DNA of 63,878 nucleotides, filler included, from Choristocarpus tenellus KU-1152 (Eukaryota > Protista > Phaeophyceae): NCBI GenBank assembly GCA_964200185.2. It is 9 parts of 9 records of this genome, joined end to end, with 100 filler letters (N's around TTAATTAATTAA, not from the genome) between each part and the next. Parts side by side here need not be neighbours in the genome. Positions count along the whole stretch, not along the records: positions 48,243 to 52,899 come from CAXNAD020013594.1; positions 53,000 to 60,865 come from CAXNAD020005472.1; 7 more parts are not named here. One strand, written 5' to 3'. The number at the start of each line of letters is the position of its first letter. Position 1 is the first letter of the stretch. This document shows positions 48,243 through 60,847 of the stretch, in pieces. Position numbers and translations under genes: made by a program. A model generated the notes under the pieces. It was given only the letters and a program-made list of their open reading frames with translations. It did not search any database and was not told the DNA's origin.

Positions 48243-51200
48243 GCCAAGCATACTCATAATGTTTCCTGGCTGTTGTATCCCCGCCCTCGTCCCCACTTCA
48301 GTCTCCTCCCCAACTACCCCCCCCCCCATTGCCTGCCTTAGTCTCTCCCTGGCATTTTCCAACTCCTGTTCAATTGTCACTTCCTTCTTAATCTGCATTT
48401 TCAAGGCTAAGATTGTTAGAGGAAGCCTTTGCACCAAGGGTGGAGGTGAAGGGGGCACTTTTCTTCCCTGACTGGCTCTGTCCTCTACTCCATCACCAGC
48501 CCCCCTGCCTTCACCCCAATCAAGCGACCCACGCCTTTTATGATCCAGGCCTCTGACCTCCTCAACCACCTCCACCTCAAACCGACCTAGGGAAATACCC
48601 CCAGTGGAGGTTATGATATCAGCCTCAACAATATTGTCTGTGGAGAACAGATACAACAATATATCAGGGGACAATGTGGGTCAGGTTAGCAGTAGAGCTG
48701 GAACACCATCAAACACCGCTACGATTGATTTTGTCACTGATCCAACCATTATGTTTCATAGATTTCCACGTCTCATGTGAAGCAAGACCCTTTGGATGTT
48801 ATCAATTCATTCACCACAGAAGTTCCTACAGATTAAAGAAGCCAGGGATGAAGTAGTACCCTACTATGACTTGCTGCAAATTTTCAAGTACAATCTGCAC
48901 ATTCACAACAACCAAAAACCTGAGCACCAAAGTCTTCCCCTTGTCTCCTCAGAATATCTACTTTGTGTTTGAGAAAATTTCTTGACATCCAGCAGGGCAG
49001 AGAACACCAAGCTGCACTTTCTTGGGAGGCAGCTACCCGTATGCAGGGGGAGCTCAATAGCATGCAAAAACATTTGCATGTGACATGTGGTTGGTTTCCT
49101 ACAACAAACAACAATTGACCCAGTATACAGGCCCACAAGTATATTGACTTTGGCACTAAGATCGTGCCGAGCTTCCATCTTCATATTTTCAACTGACCTT
49201 CTCCACACAACCTTCCATTAGCTTTTCAGGAAGCATGAAATATTTTAGAGATGACAAGAATCATGCGCAGTTCCTCAGGCAGGGTCACACTATCCTCAAG
49301 CATGAAACAAGTTGAATTTAGAATAGCAAAAAGCTTGACAATAATCTGTGAACACCACAGTAAAAATCAGTTAGGGTTTTCCAATTTGAAAAAAAAACAA
49401 ACTCAAAAGCGATATTACAAAGGGCACAGAAAGTGATGTATCACGATGGTTGTGTTTCACTTCGTAGAACTTGATTTTAAACATACACACACCTCAAGTC
49501 AACACTATTATTTTAATAGAACACATTTGTCATCAGTTAAACTCAAGTCACGACAGAAAAATAATAAAAAATATTCCTTATCAGTGCTCTTCGCAGGAAG
49601 CAGCACGAACCTGCACCCCCAAAAAACTCACATTGGGCGTGTTCAAACCCCCTCTAATTTCAGGAATGAGTTTTTAACTACTTACAACTAATCAATGACA
49701 CCAAAATTCAACGACAAATTCACAAAAAATATTTGAAGGAATTCTCATGCTTCTTGCTCAAACACATCTCAACTAGAAGCACTTCGCAGGTTCCATCAGG
49801 GATCAGTCCCCACCTGTTGCAAGCCCCACAGATCGGGTGATGGCATCCAACAGACCGGGCATATCCCGGCATGCCACTGTGATCCAGCCACGGGTTACGT
49901 TTTTCCACTCTCCCTGCCCCTCCTTTCTCACTTGTTGCAGGCCTAGACCCTGCCTCCGAATGCATTTCTGCATCGGCCCTATGTCAACCTCCACCCCACC
50001 CCCGGAGGCGTGGGAATTCGCGAGGAGGCGCATGTGACCAGCAACATCCTCCGGTTCCACAGAGTGTGCATAGCGTGAAGGGAAGGAGTTGAAGTGGGCC
50101 TTGACCGCCTTGGGAGAGAGGAAAGGGAAAGGGAGGGGAAGGAGCACATCCAGGGGGCGAGTTTATAGCTATGACAAACAAAGGTACATACACAAGTACC
50201 GCTATGTTTTACAGAAAGAAACGCCTCCATGTAGTTTTTACATACCACTAGATGAGATCTACACTCTTTCAACAATTTACTCTATTCGAGGGATCTGTCC
50301 TCCCACTCGGTCAAATTGACCACAAAACGACATCCGTTTTTTCTTCTATGCACGTTGTTCATCACAACACGAGAAAAAACAGGAGAAATTTTTCACTACG
50401 AAGTGGAAACATTGTCCCGGTGAGGATCCCTCTCACCTTGAGGAGTGAGCTACTAAATCTCTCTCTAATGGTTGACGAAACACCATGACTTCCGTCCATA
50501 AGTTGCCTCTGGAGATGGTGCACCACGCTTTGACACACATTCTCCAACATGCTGGCCCTATGCAGCCTATTCAAATCGATCACAAGGGGTCATTTGTAAT
50601 GAGACGCAAGGGGATGAATTTAGGTGAATCTACAGCTGAGAGAAAATACGTTAGCTATTTGTAGATTTCCCTAGACTACGGGCACAACCTATCCCACTCG
50701 AGGAGAAGAAAGATCCACGCTCCAATTATTGTACAACGTATATAAATTCTTAATCACAAAAGCAAAAAATTCCCAGCGCACAAGTGGATGAATTGCCGAA
50801 TGCTGGGAAGAGATACCTTTAAAGCTCACATAGAGCATATCATAGCATCTAAAGCTATTGTGCTTCGACACCACAGCGGAGTTGAACTAATGCAACAAAC
50901 CGTACAGTCCTGTGTAGTGGACTTACGTTGGCAACCACAAACGAAAATTATTGTCTGTGTTGATAGTCCTGGGTTTCCAAGTATCCATGGCGGACTACAC
51001 ATTAACCACACTGCATTTTACATTGGACAACAAGCTAGGCGCTAATTTCATTTTATGCCACACTTTCACCTTAGAATGAATTCGACTCTGCGAGCATCTG
51101 CCAGGCCAGGTGCCGCCATTTTGCTCTTACTTTCTACTGGCGTCTGTGGCATAGCCTCAATCTCCCTAGCAGTCTCGTGCAGGGTGACAAGCGCCAACAT

Positions 51201-51521
51201 ATTATCCTCACTGGCTGAAGTTGGAATCCCCCCACCAAAGCAGCCGGTCACATCCCCAGATAAACTCCATCTCTTGATCAGAGGTCGGAAGCCTACATCT
51301 CCAGATAATGTCTCCTCTGATCCAGATTTAACTTCATCCGGACTACCGTCAAGCGACACCCTGTTGGAATCAACGCCGACCTCTGGTATGTTGACATTGT
51401 TGGACTTGTTTGATATCCCCTGAGTCGATGCGAAGGGAGTACGGTTCACCTCCACGACATCAAAGACCTGGTTCTCGCGGACAGTTTGCAATGCATCAAT
51501 AACTCCCTCGGTTGGCCCCAT
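48243..51521 (-). CDS. ACT-domain protein (N-terminus resembles ACT-domain STY/Raf-like kinases), 3' end lost at contig break
   Basis: Exons 51521-51070, 50566-50437, 50108-49814 and 48637 to the gap, all phase-consistent. Motifs AHFNSFPSRYAHSVEPEDVAGHMRLL and ACT fold ITVACRDMPGLLDAITRSV...NIVEADIITSTGGISLGRFEV. An acceptor just upstream of 51521 may indicate further 5' exons. Confidence 0.8.
48720..49340 (-). mobile_element. Possible decayed Copia integrase fragment in an intron of the ACT gene
   Basis: ILNSTCFMLEDSVTLPEEL resembles the Copia ARCML..SGLP..LW motif; heavily degraded. Confidence 0.35.
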
Positions 51522-52668
51522 GACCTGTACAGTATACTGTGGCAGGTCGTTTTGATGTTAGAGAAAAATTGTGGAATACGAATAAAGGTCAGCTCCGAAC
51601 CCAATGAACAGTTGTGGTGCTACTGGGGAAAGGCGAGAAGCCTCAATCAGAAAGGAGATATGGATAGCAAGTGAAATTTCTCCCTGAAGCACCTCTTCAG
51701 GCGATATCTCACCACTTCGAAGAAAGGGATGAGTGTTGACTTTGGGGCAGAATACTTCGATCTCTAGAAAACCACTTTGACATCAAGAGACAAACAGTAG
51801 CCTTTGCACTCCAACAGATATTACTCACATTTTGCACACAGGATCATTCTTACTATCTCATATTGCACCCTCCACAAGCACTACATCTCCAAACAGCACC
51901 CATCTTTACGTCATCCGTGTTTTTACTGTATTGTTGTAATAGATGGAGGTTAGTTGCCTGTTAGAGATCCTGCTGACCAAACTAAGAATCACCCCAAATC
52001 TTCAACTCTATAGAACAACATTCTCTCCTATTTAATATACCGGCCGGTATCATTTTGTAGTGACGTCACCACACAATTTAGTGTTCTTGAAAGAGTTGGA
52101 TTCCTTTTAAGGCAATCCTATCCCAAACCAAACATCGTCATCCTATTTGCTAACTCCAATACTAGGGAAGTTCCACGTTGTTCTCTTACAGCCGTTGATA
52201 TCAACGACAGTTTGCCAAAAGTAAATATTTTTATACTAAAAAATGACAATTAAAAAAATAGTGACCTTCATTGTGTCCCTACAACCCTATCTATGCAGAG
52301 AACAAAACCACACATTACAAAACCCATCAGTTAAAGAAGTATCTGATATCTGTCTGCACCGAAAGGTCTTGGAGCTAAAGAGCTCAAGAATTTCATTCTT
52401 ACTTTGTGCAGCAATATATGCACGCCCCATCTTATCCACTCTCTTTGCCTTTACCTCCGATACAAGAAAATGTGATGCCAATTTAACTAAGGGATGTAGA
52501 GGAAAACCCATCCTTCCATCGCCAGCACTTATTGGAGAAGTGAAGACAATAGCATATACAACACACAGCAGCAGTTATAAAAGCTTAACTCTAGGTGTCA
52601 TGGTTCCCTAATCACCTCTCACCGCCCTTTCCACTGATGAGAAGTTGCTTCTGAATCTCCTCTGCACT

Positions 52669-52825
52669 GACCCAAAGTATCTGGGGGGGAGGGGGTCTAG
52701 ATCAGGGTGTCCATTTTGGACCATAACCAGGAAAAGTGCACTTACATCATCCATCCGATCTATGCAACCAAATCACCCAAAAATCGCGACATGGAAAAAA
52801 TTGGCCCTAAATGGACAGTCACCAC
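52669..52825 (-). mobile_element. MITE family B, missing one terminus
   Basis: GACCCAAAGTATCTG(G)n...AAATCGCGACATGGAAAAAATTGGCCCTAAATGGACAG; the sequence stops before the second TIR. Confidence 0.8.
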
Positions 52826-53006
52826 TGTTCGATTAGACTCTTCCAACTCTATCGGACAGTTACGGTAAAATATGTATGGAGTAACAGAACAATCAATTAN
52901 NNNNNNNNNNNNNNNNNNNNNNNNNNNNNNNNNNNNNNNNNNNTTAATTAATTAANNNNNNNNNNNNNNNNNNNNNNNNNNNNNNNNNNNNNNNNNNNNC
53001 AATATA

Positions 53007-53084
53007 TCAAAAAAACCCCATGGGAAGCCAAGCCCCAAATGGACAAACAGGGCAAAACTTGTACCCTCTAAGATACTTTCACTC
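53007..53084 (+). mobile_element. MITE family A, right end, at contig start
   Basis: CATGGGAAGCCAAGCCCCAAATGGACAAACAGGGCAAAACTTGTACCCTCTAAGATACTTTCACTC. Confidence 0.85.
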
Positions 53085-53719
53085 AGGGTCTAATTTAATC
53101 AGACAGCAGCTCATGCTAATCTCAATCGAATAAGAAATAACTGAAGCATTATCTTTCGAGAAGGGGTGTCCATAATGGTGTTCGGAAAAATCAAAGTATT
53201 ATTTCTGGAATAGTTCTGAAGGCCTACAGGATGGGCTTCTGTTTGACCGGCCTTGGGCAGTCGCTCACAAGATTAAACTACCTGACTTGCTTGCTGCGTG
53301 CTGGTTACAAGCTGAAAAGGATGGCTCAGTAAGGTGATCAATGACCATCTCATACACTTTCCATACATCAAACTCTTGGGGGAGCTCAGGGACCGGAGCT
53401 CAAACGAAATTAGACCTTTTCAAATGACGACAAACAAAAAAACAAAATGCGACCCGTTTGGTGGGGACCGTCGCATCTCCTACAGTTTGGTTGCTTCCGT
53501 TTGGTATGATTTGTCTGCAACGGTTTAGACACCTAGGTGGAGCTCTGTGAGTGGCACAGGATATCATGTTGCAGCCACCATACAGTTGACAAACACCTCT
53601 GTACTCCACCACCTACAAACGCGCTTAACCATCCCGTCCCTTAATCATGCTTGCAGTACCAGACACTGTGATCCCTTTTCCCCTTTCCGCGGAACGCTCA
53701 CTCTCTCTTGTTGCTGAAG

Positions 53720-56700
53720 ATGATAAAGCAGCTCGGGGAAAGGAACAGCAATGGTCAAACACCTGTAATGCTTGCTGTGCACATGGGATCCCTGCCGATC
53801 CTGTCCACCATGCTGAGTCGATCAGAATGGGTTGCTGCATGTCGCCTTAACGCCAAGGACAAATCAGAGGCACATTTTAACGCAATGGATCTTGCCGTGA
53901 AGCCTCCTACGCGCCTGGACATGCTTGCTTGCCTCATATCCTCCGGAGCAAGCCCAACACCTCGTGTTGTCCTGACGGTGGCACGCAATCGGAAGATTTC
54001 CCAGCAGGACATGGAGGATTGTTTTCTTGATACTCTCACCAATCATTCTTCGGCTCCAAACCCCCTTATTCCTGGCCTTAACATTTTGTCAGCACTCAAA
54101 GCTACAGGTTCGCAAACTTCAGAGGCAAGGCAACGCTTGACCGCGCTTTCCCATGCTGTGGATCAGGTGTTGCTTACTGTTCTCAGACGACTCCCACAGA
54201 CTGTGTCGGGGTTCCACACGTTTTTTGATGGCAGTGGTGAATCTCAAGGCATTGAACCTGCCGGGGGCAAGGGCGACAAGGGAGGAATTTTGGGGGGCAA
54301 AGGGAGCAGTGACAGCAGCAAGAGATCTCGCCAAAAAGTGTGTTCGTCAGGTATGTTGGGTTGCTCAGGAGAAAACTGTGCGACAAGAAGATGTGCAGCT
54401 CGAAAACGCAACCTGAGAGCAATGGCTGCAGTTCAGGAGATACTGGAGCCGGAGCTAACGAATCTCCGGCCGAGGGATTTTGTGGGACCACTGGCGCTGG
54501 CGCTGGAGATCCGCCACCTGGACTTTCTCAATACATCACTTGTCACAGACTATCTGTTCCTGAAATTCAGCGCTGGACTGCCGAACCCTCTGGGTGATGC
54601 CAGCTGGAGGCAGGGCTACCGCCACAGGCGCTTCATGCTTAATCAGGACGAGTCAAAGCTTCGAGTCTACCTCCTTCAGGGGGGCTGCTCTGACTCCCCC
54701 CAGTGGACATACCTACCAGGCCTACAGTTCATCCTTGCAGGACTGGCAGGTCATACGGCTGCATTTTACAAAGTGCCCGCAATGCGCTTGGCCATAGACA
54801 TTGTGGCCTTTCTTGGCGTGACCGCGTTGTTCAGTGTGACTGTGGTAGTGCAGGGCGACTTCGGCACTCTCGGCCCCTTCGAGTTCTGTTGGGGTATCTA
54901 CATCTTTGGCGCTGTTTGGACTGAAATTCACGAATATCAGGGTGCTGGGTCCCTGAAAGTTCACCTTAACAACCCATGGAACTTCTTAGACTTCGTCATG
55001 TTGGGCATCCTACTACTTGCCTTTCTCTTACGTTCCTTTGTGTTTTTGTGCATACATTCGAGTGTTGTGGGCTGGGAATGCAGCTATGCAACATCGATAG
55101 AGGAGCAGATTGGGATGTGGAACGTGGTTTTCTGGGCTAAATACCTGCACGCCCTCAGTGCTCCACTGGTTTTTGGGCGCACCCTCTTTGTCACTAACAT
55201 GCACTCCGTATGGGGTCCCCTTGTGCATGCCACGTTCCAAATGATGGGCAATCTTCTCCGGTTCGGAATGATTATGGTGATTATTTTGTTAGGGTTCGCT
55301 GTTTCTTTCCACGGGCTCTTCGGCGAGAACGTTTACTCATACAGCACCTTTCGGGGGACTTGCCTGACGCTGTTCTCTTCCATGCTGGGCGATTTCGATT
55401 TTCAAGTTTTTGAAGGTGAAGTCTACGGCTCTGCGGGATCGTGCCTCCTAGTGCTGTACTTGTGTGTCATGAGCATCATGTTGTTCAACCTTCTCATTGC
55501 AGTACTTTCAACTTCCCATGCAACGGTGGTTGAAAACTCTGAAAATGAGTCATCTCTTTCAACTGCGGTTCTCATCACACACTACAGGTAGGGTGAACAC
55601 AATGGTATCAGCGATCCATGTGTTTTCTTCCTTCTTTTGTGTCTCGTTTGAACAGTTCAAAAACAATTCAAACCTCTTTTCTGGACTGACTTGAGTAGCT
55701 GGAAGCAGTAGTTCTATGATGCTAAAAGCCATCCATCTTTTATAGTAACAATAACAGGTTGTCGAAAATCCCAAAATATGCGCATACGGTGGCATTTTTC
55801 TCGGACTTTATGTGGCCGACTTGTGTTCTGATTCTTGAATTTACATCACAAAGCAATCACTTTAAATAAGTATATATGATTTTTATATCCCACTACTAGA
55901 TCAAAAGCTTACTTTTCTCACTTTGATGGATATTCACCATAGAGCTACACATCACAAATTTCAAGTAAACACGCGACAAGTGATGTTTGAGAGCCATACC
56001 GTTTTACAGGGAGTGGTGGGCGTCCGTTCAGGGTCATTATTCAGTGTTGTGATTTTTATGTCGCCAAAATCCGGAATAGAGTAAAGTGTAAAAAAGGGCT
56101 TCGACACAATATTTCAAGTTTCTTTTGACCCTCATAGTTATAACCTCAACACCTTCACAGTGGAAAGTTTTGGGCACCTCGGCAAGCAAGCAGAAAGTTT
56201 TCTGAATGAGTTGGCTACGCACTTGGTAGGGGGGAGAGGGGTGGGAGGCTACAGCAGGAAAGGAGCTGTCAAATCCCGTTTAGGACAGATAGTGTTCGTC
56301 ACAACAAAAGTAGCTCTATTGAGACGTTTCATATGTTTTAAGATGGAGACACCGGGGAGATGGGCGAGGGGGGGCCTGTCAAATTCTTGGGATGCTCCCC
56401 TACCTCCTCACCCTGTGGTGTAGGGCTAAGCTAAGTTGGAGGCATAGCAAGGGAGTGGTGTAGCATAGCTGGTAGTCAAATAGCAAATATACTATAGAAA
56501 GATAACTTTCACATTTACGATATATGTTACTTTTACAGGGGTTCTTATGATATTGAATTGACCTTCCCATGACACACCTGCAAAATGTGAGAGGGCATAA
56601 TAGTATAAATATTTCAAGCGCTGAATAGACGGGTTGGGGTAAAACATTCACCGCCTAAAATGATATGGCTCTGAAATTGAGATATATAGTTGACAGGTTT

Positions 56701-59700
56701 GCAAAATGTCAGAGAGTAAAGTAGTAAAATTTAATATATATATAGTTCCATGGTGAATATCCATGAAAAAGATAAAACCCAGCCTTTGATGGACTGCCCA
56801 GATATGGCAACCACATATACCCACATAAGGTACTTGCTTCATGATGTCAAATAAAAAAACAGAACATAGTCCCACCCACGCATACCCAGTAAAATGGCGC
56901 CATACACACATATTTGGGATACTTTGACAACCAAATTCTTGTTACTTCTGGGAAATGGGGTGTAAGCAATTGGCAACCTTTGTTCCTGTTTTCACTTTCT
57001 TTGCATTTATTGATGGTGTTGATGGTGTGATCATGAGAGAAATGCACACATGCTAGAGAATTGCTTGTGGTTCTCTCTAGCTGATCCTGCGAGTGAATTA
57101 TACACACAGCAATTTGAGTGAAAGTATCTTAGAGGGTATGAATTTTGCCCTGTTTGTCCATTTGGGGCTTGGCTTCCCACGTTTTTATTATGGCTTTTTT
57201 CCTGCTCCGAAATATTTCAGAGTTGGTAAATGTATACGTAATGAAAAGGTGTGTCTGGAACAAGGATATTGACACTTCCTAACAAACACGACAGCCAAAA
57301 TTACATCAAAATCGCAATATTGGATTTTGGTCCCCAAACGGACGCGGCTCTACCCTCTAAGATACTTTTGCTCATTTTGTAGAGGAGGAGAACATGATGT
57401 ACTCGCATGTATCGAACATAGCAAGTGAAGTCCTGTATTCAACAAGTGTGCCCTTGACCTCTTGCCCTCATTATTGTGCGCCCTCTTGGCTAGTCTGAAC
57501 TGGTTAGTAGAGTTGTTCACAGTATACAGAAAAACTCCCTTCTGGAAGCTTTGCTCGAGCACACACAAAAATTGAAGGAACGAGAAAATAATTTATCACA
57601 GTAACTGAACTAAAGGAAACCTGTAACTTTGGTCTTCGTCTCTGTGGGCGGCACATAGGAGTATAGGGTATTGAGACATGTCTGCCCTCTGCAACTTTTA
57701 GAAGGCCCTTGCTTTGCCAACACGGGACTATTATTTCGAAATGATCCCATTTTGCTTGCCGAGACGATAACATCATGTTTCATTAAAATTTCGCAAACTT
57801 ATGAAATACGTCATTGTTCATCTGCACAACATTGTACCTAACTTACGCCTCACATTCATATGAACTCCTCTACAACCTCATTGCCACCGCAGACATGTTA
57901 TGCGCACCGATGCGCTGCCCTCTCCCTTGAACATCCCGCAGGAGCTTGTGGGTGCCCTTTTTTGGAAGCACCAAGCCAGGGCAAGGGAACTCATGGCCCG
58001 CAGTATCTTTTGGATTGTCACTGGCCCCATTGCAGTCGTTGGGTCAGCTGTGCTGTGGACACTGTCCTTGCCTCGAACGGTGACATGGGCCTGTCGCGTT
58101 GGAAGTACCAACTTCAACTCAATGCTTGTTCCTATTCTTTTCAGTGTCAGCTTCTCACTTGGCGCGGCCCCTATCTTAACTGCCTGGATCTGGATTCGGG
58201 GTGTGCGAGGGATCTGGAAGAACAGTAAGGACTTGTGCGAGGAGAATGACCTCAACAGCGTATTCTCCTCAAGAATTGACTCCTACTGCGCGGAAAAACA
58301 GATCTATCCCGCAGGAGGCGACTCAAATAGAGTAGATAAAATGAGACTGTTGACAGACCAGGGTTTTCATGTCACAAGAGCCATCCAGGCAATCCATGGC
58401 ATATCCATTCAGGATCTTCTGAATCACCAAATGAACCCGTTCAGAAAACCAAAGGTGAGCGGCACAGATAGCAATCCAAAGAAATTGGGAATGTCTTTTA
58501 TTGGAACCATCGGGATGCTAGGTTGTGATGGTGATCTGGTGCGAGTGCCTTCTATAAATGTGACCCTTTTTCTTGTTGAGTGCTTGGATGAAAATAAATG
58601 ATGGCACGGTAATGGTTGAGGTCTTATCCAAAAGCACAGGAGATCATAAATCAAGTCATGACAAGATTGGGAGTGCAAGGCCCCATGTCGTCGTTGCTTG
58701 TTGTGCTCTGGCAATCTGTGCTGTGCTGTAGCGGCTGTAGCGTGTTGTTCTTGTCCTCTGGCAGCATGCACACTCAGGATGTTGATGCACAGTTGGATTT
58801 GCTTGATATCCGCATCTGTTTTCCAGATGGCCAATCCCTGTTTTTCAACCCAAGACTACAACGAGTCAGTTGTGCTTGGCAATAGATAGACAAATCATAT
58901 AAATTGTTCCTGAAGTGTGTACTCTTTGTTGACAATTTGTTGTCTGTGAATCTAGATATAAATGTATGGGTAAATATTTTATGGAACAGCAGACTTCCTC
59001 CATGTAGATCCCAATAAACAAGGCCATTGTCGTAACCAACTAAATGAAACGAAGTAGGTGATTTATATCTGCCCGCCAGTGCCATGGCAAAATGACGATC
59101 ATACAGAATTCACCAAAGAAACCAACCTACAGCTGCTAAAACAGATAAGAAGGCAATATTTTTGATGTGAACAAGAAGACCTTTGCTTTAAGCGGAGTTA
59201 TACAGACCCTGTTGTTAGGTTGGTTGTGTTCTCTTGCTCGTTGTTTCTTTCTCCACCATCTGCAAATTGATTGTCTGTGCACAGCAATGTGTGTGCACAG
59301 CAATGTGTGAGCAAGATTCACTTTCTGCATACCACCTACACTTGCATTCTATAAACTATTACGTAGTAGTATATGGCATGTTTGTGGCATTCTGCTGTAG
59401 TTGTCGTTGTAAACAAAATTTCCTCTTCCACCCTCGCACCAAACTGAATCATGCAAAGAAAGAAGGGTATTGACTGTACACCTGAGATGGTATCACGTGA
59501 CGGAACAATTATGTTTGATAGTCTAGGAGGACTGTATCATTGTTTCTTGATACATTATAATTCCAAAGCACTCCAGTTTATTAGAAAAAATCTGTCGCAG
59601 GGGAAGGTCTTTGTCTTAAACAATACAGACTATTTTTCTTTTCGTTGTGTTCTCTTCTGTGTTCCCTTCTTCAACATGATAATATTTGTAAAATGTAATT

Positions 59701-60352
59701 TTGCACAAAATAGTATGGTAGATATCGGGGTAATTGCATAAAAAATGCTTCATAGCATTTCTCTTGGTTCGAATTTCCTTCTGTATTTCCTGATTATCCA
59801 AGTGTATCGGATCTATGCATTACTGGGAAAAGGTTGCTTTCTTAGTTTTTTGCATCCATGATGAGTCCGAAAATGAACCTAAACTCAGACTCAAGACTGC
59901 TCACACGTGCATGTCCCCTCTGCTCATCCTCTGTGACTGTCGCCTATCTTCAGATGCGACCCAATCAAACAAACAGGGCTTGTACAGTAGAGGACCTTCA
60001 GCACATGCAGACGTGCCTAGAGATTGATGTGGTGAAGGGCTTTGCCTCAGTCCTGGAAGGTATTAAAGAGAGTCAAGATAGAATAGAAGCTCAGTGCAGA
60101 GAGAGTAGAGCCAGCCACAAGCTTATTGAAGCACGTATTGGAAAGATACTTGCAAGGCTTGATACCTCTCAAACTTCTTCTGTGAGAGGGAAAGAGGACT
60201 TGGGAGAAGTCCGTCACCTGAATGGTGCAGGGGTGGCACCGACAGCACTAGTTGAAAGTGGAGAATCACAGGACTTAAATCCTTCAGAAGAACATTCACT
60301 TGATGAATTTATTGATGCCTTCCACTCCGAGATAGCACAAGAACCCAAATAA
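53720..60352 (+). CDS. Ankyrin-repeat TRP/polycystin-type cation channel, at least 942 aa, probably 5'-partial
   Basis: Exons 53720-55587, 57893-58454 and 59954-60352 (2829 nt, in phase). Ankyrin motifs NSNGQTPVMLAV and HFNAMDLAV; S1-S6 with NPWNFLDF and WGPLV...MMGNLLRF; pore TLFSSMLGDFDF; S6 LFNLLIAVLSTSH; TRP-box-2-like LPSPLN; C-terminal coiled coil. 53720 follows a polypyrimidine-AG acceptor. Confidence 0.9.
56110..56400 (+). mobile_element. 3' fragment of a CRE-like (restriction-like endonuclease) non-LTR element in TRP intron
   Basis: FDPHSYNLNTFTVESFGHLGKQAESFLNELA...RLGQIVFVTTKVALLRR matches the C-terminal pattern E(S/T)FG.LG..A..FL..LA. Confidence 0.6.
57116..57373 (-). mobile_element. 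MITE family A in TRP intron
   Basis: GAGTGAAAGTATC...GATACTTTTGCTC with perfect ATTT/ATTT duplication. Confidence 0.9.
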
Positions 60353-60847
60353 TAAGTCAAGCACAATAAAGACAATTGAATAATGGATACATACACATAT
60401 CTGTTCCTTGGACTTGAATGTAGTAAGAGATTGATAACAATTAAAACTTGATACTATTTCTAGATTACAGTACATTCTTTGGAAGTACTCTGGGTAGGTC
60501 TATAATATTCCAGCTCTAAAGGCGTCAAACACTTCAGAGTAACAGTTATCAGCTACAGGTATCCCCTGTAAGCCTGGCATGTAGCATCTTCTTCTTTTAA
60601 GTGCTTCCAAGCGCTCATCTTCCACATCATTTGCAAACCATAGAGGAAAAACCAACAAACTAGGTCAATTAAAAATAGTCGGACGCCTCAATGCAGTTGT
60701 CCAAAGTGGAGTACTCATGTGAGGATATTAATTTGAGGATATTGATGTGAGCACTAATTTCTTGGATTAGGATGAGATGCGGAACTCTACTGACAGGTGA
60801 AGTGCACACTGGAGGGTATCTCCTCACTCTTTCCCTATTCACACAAG

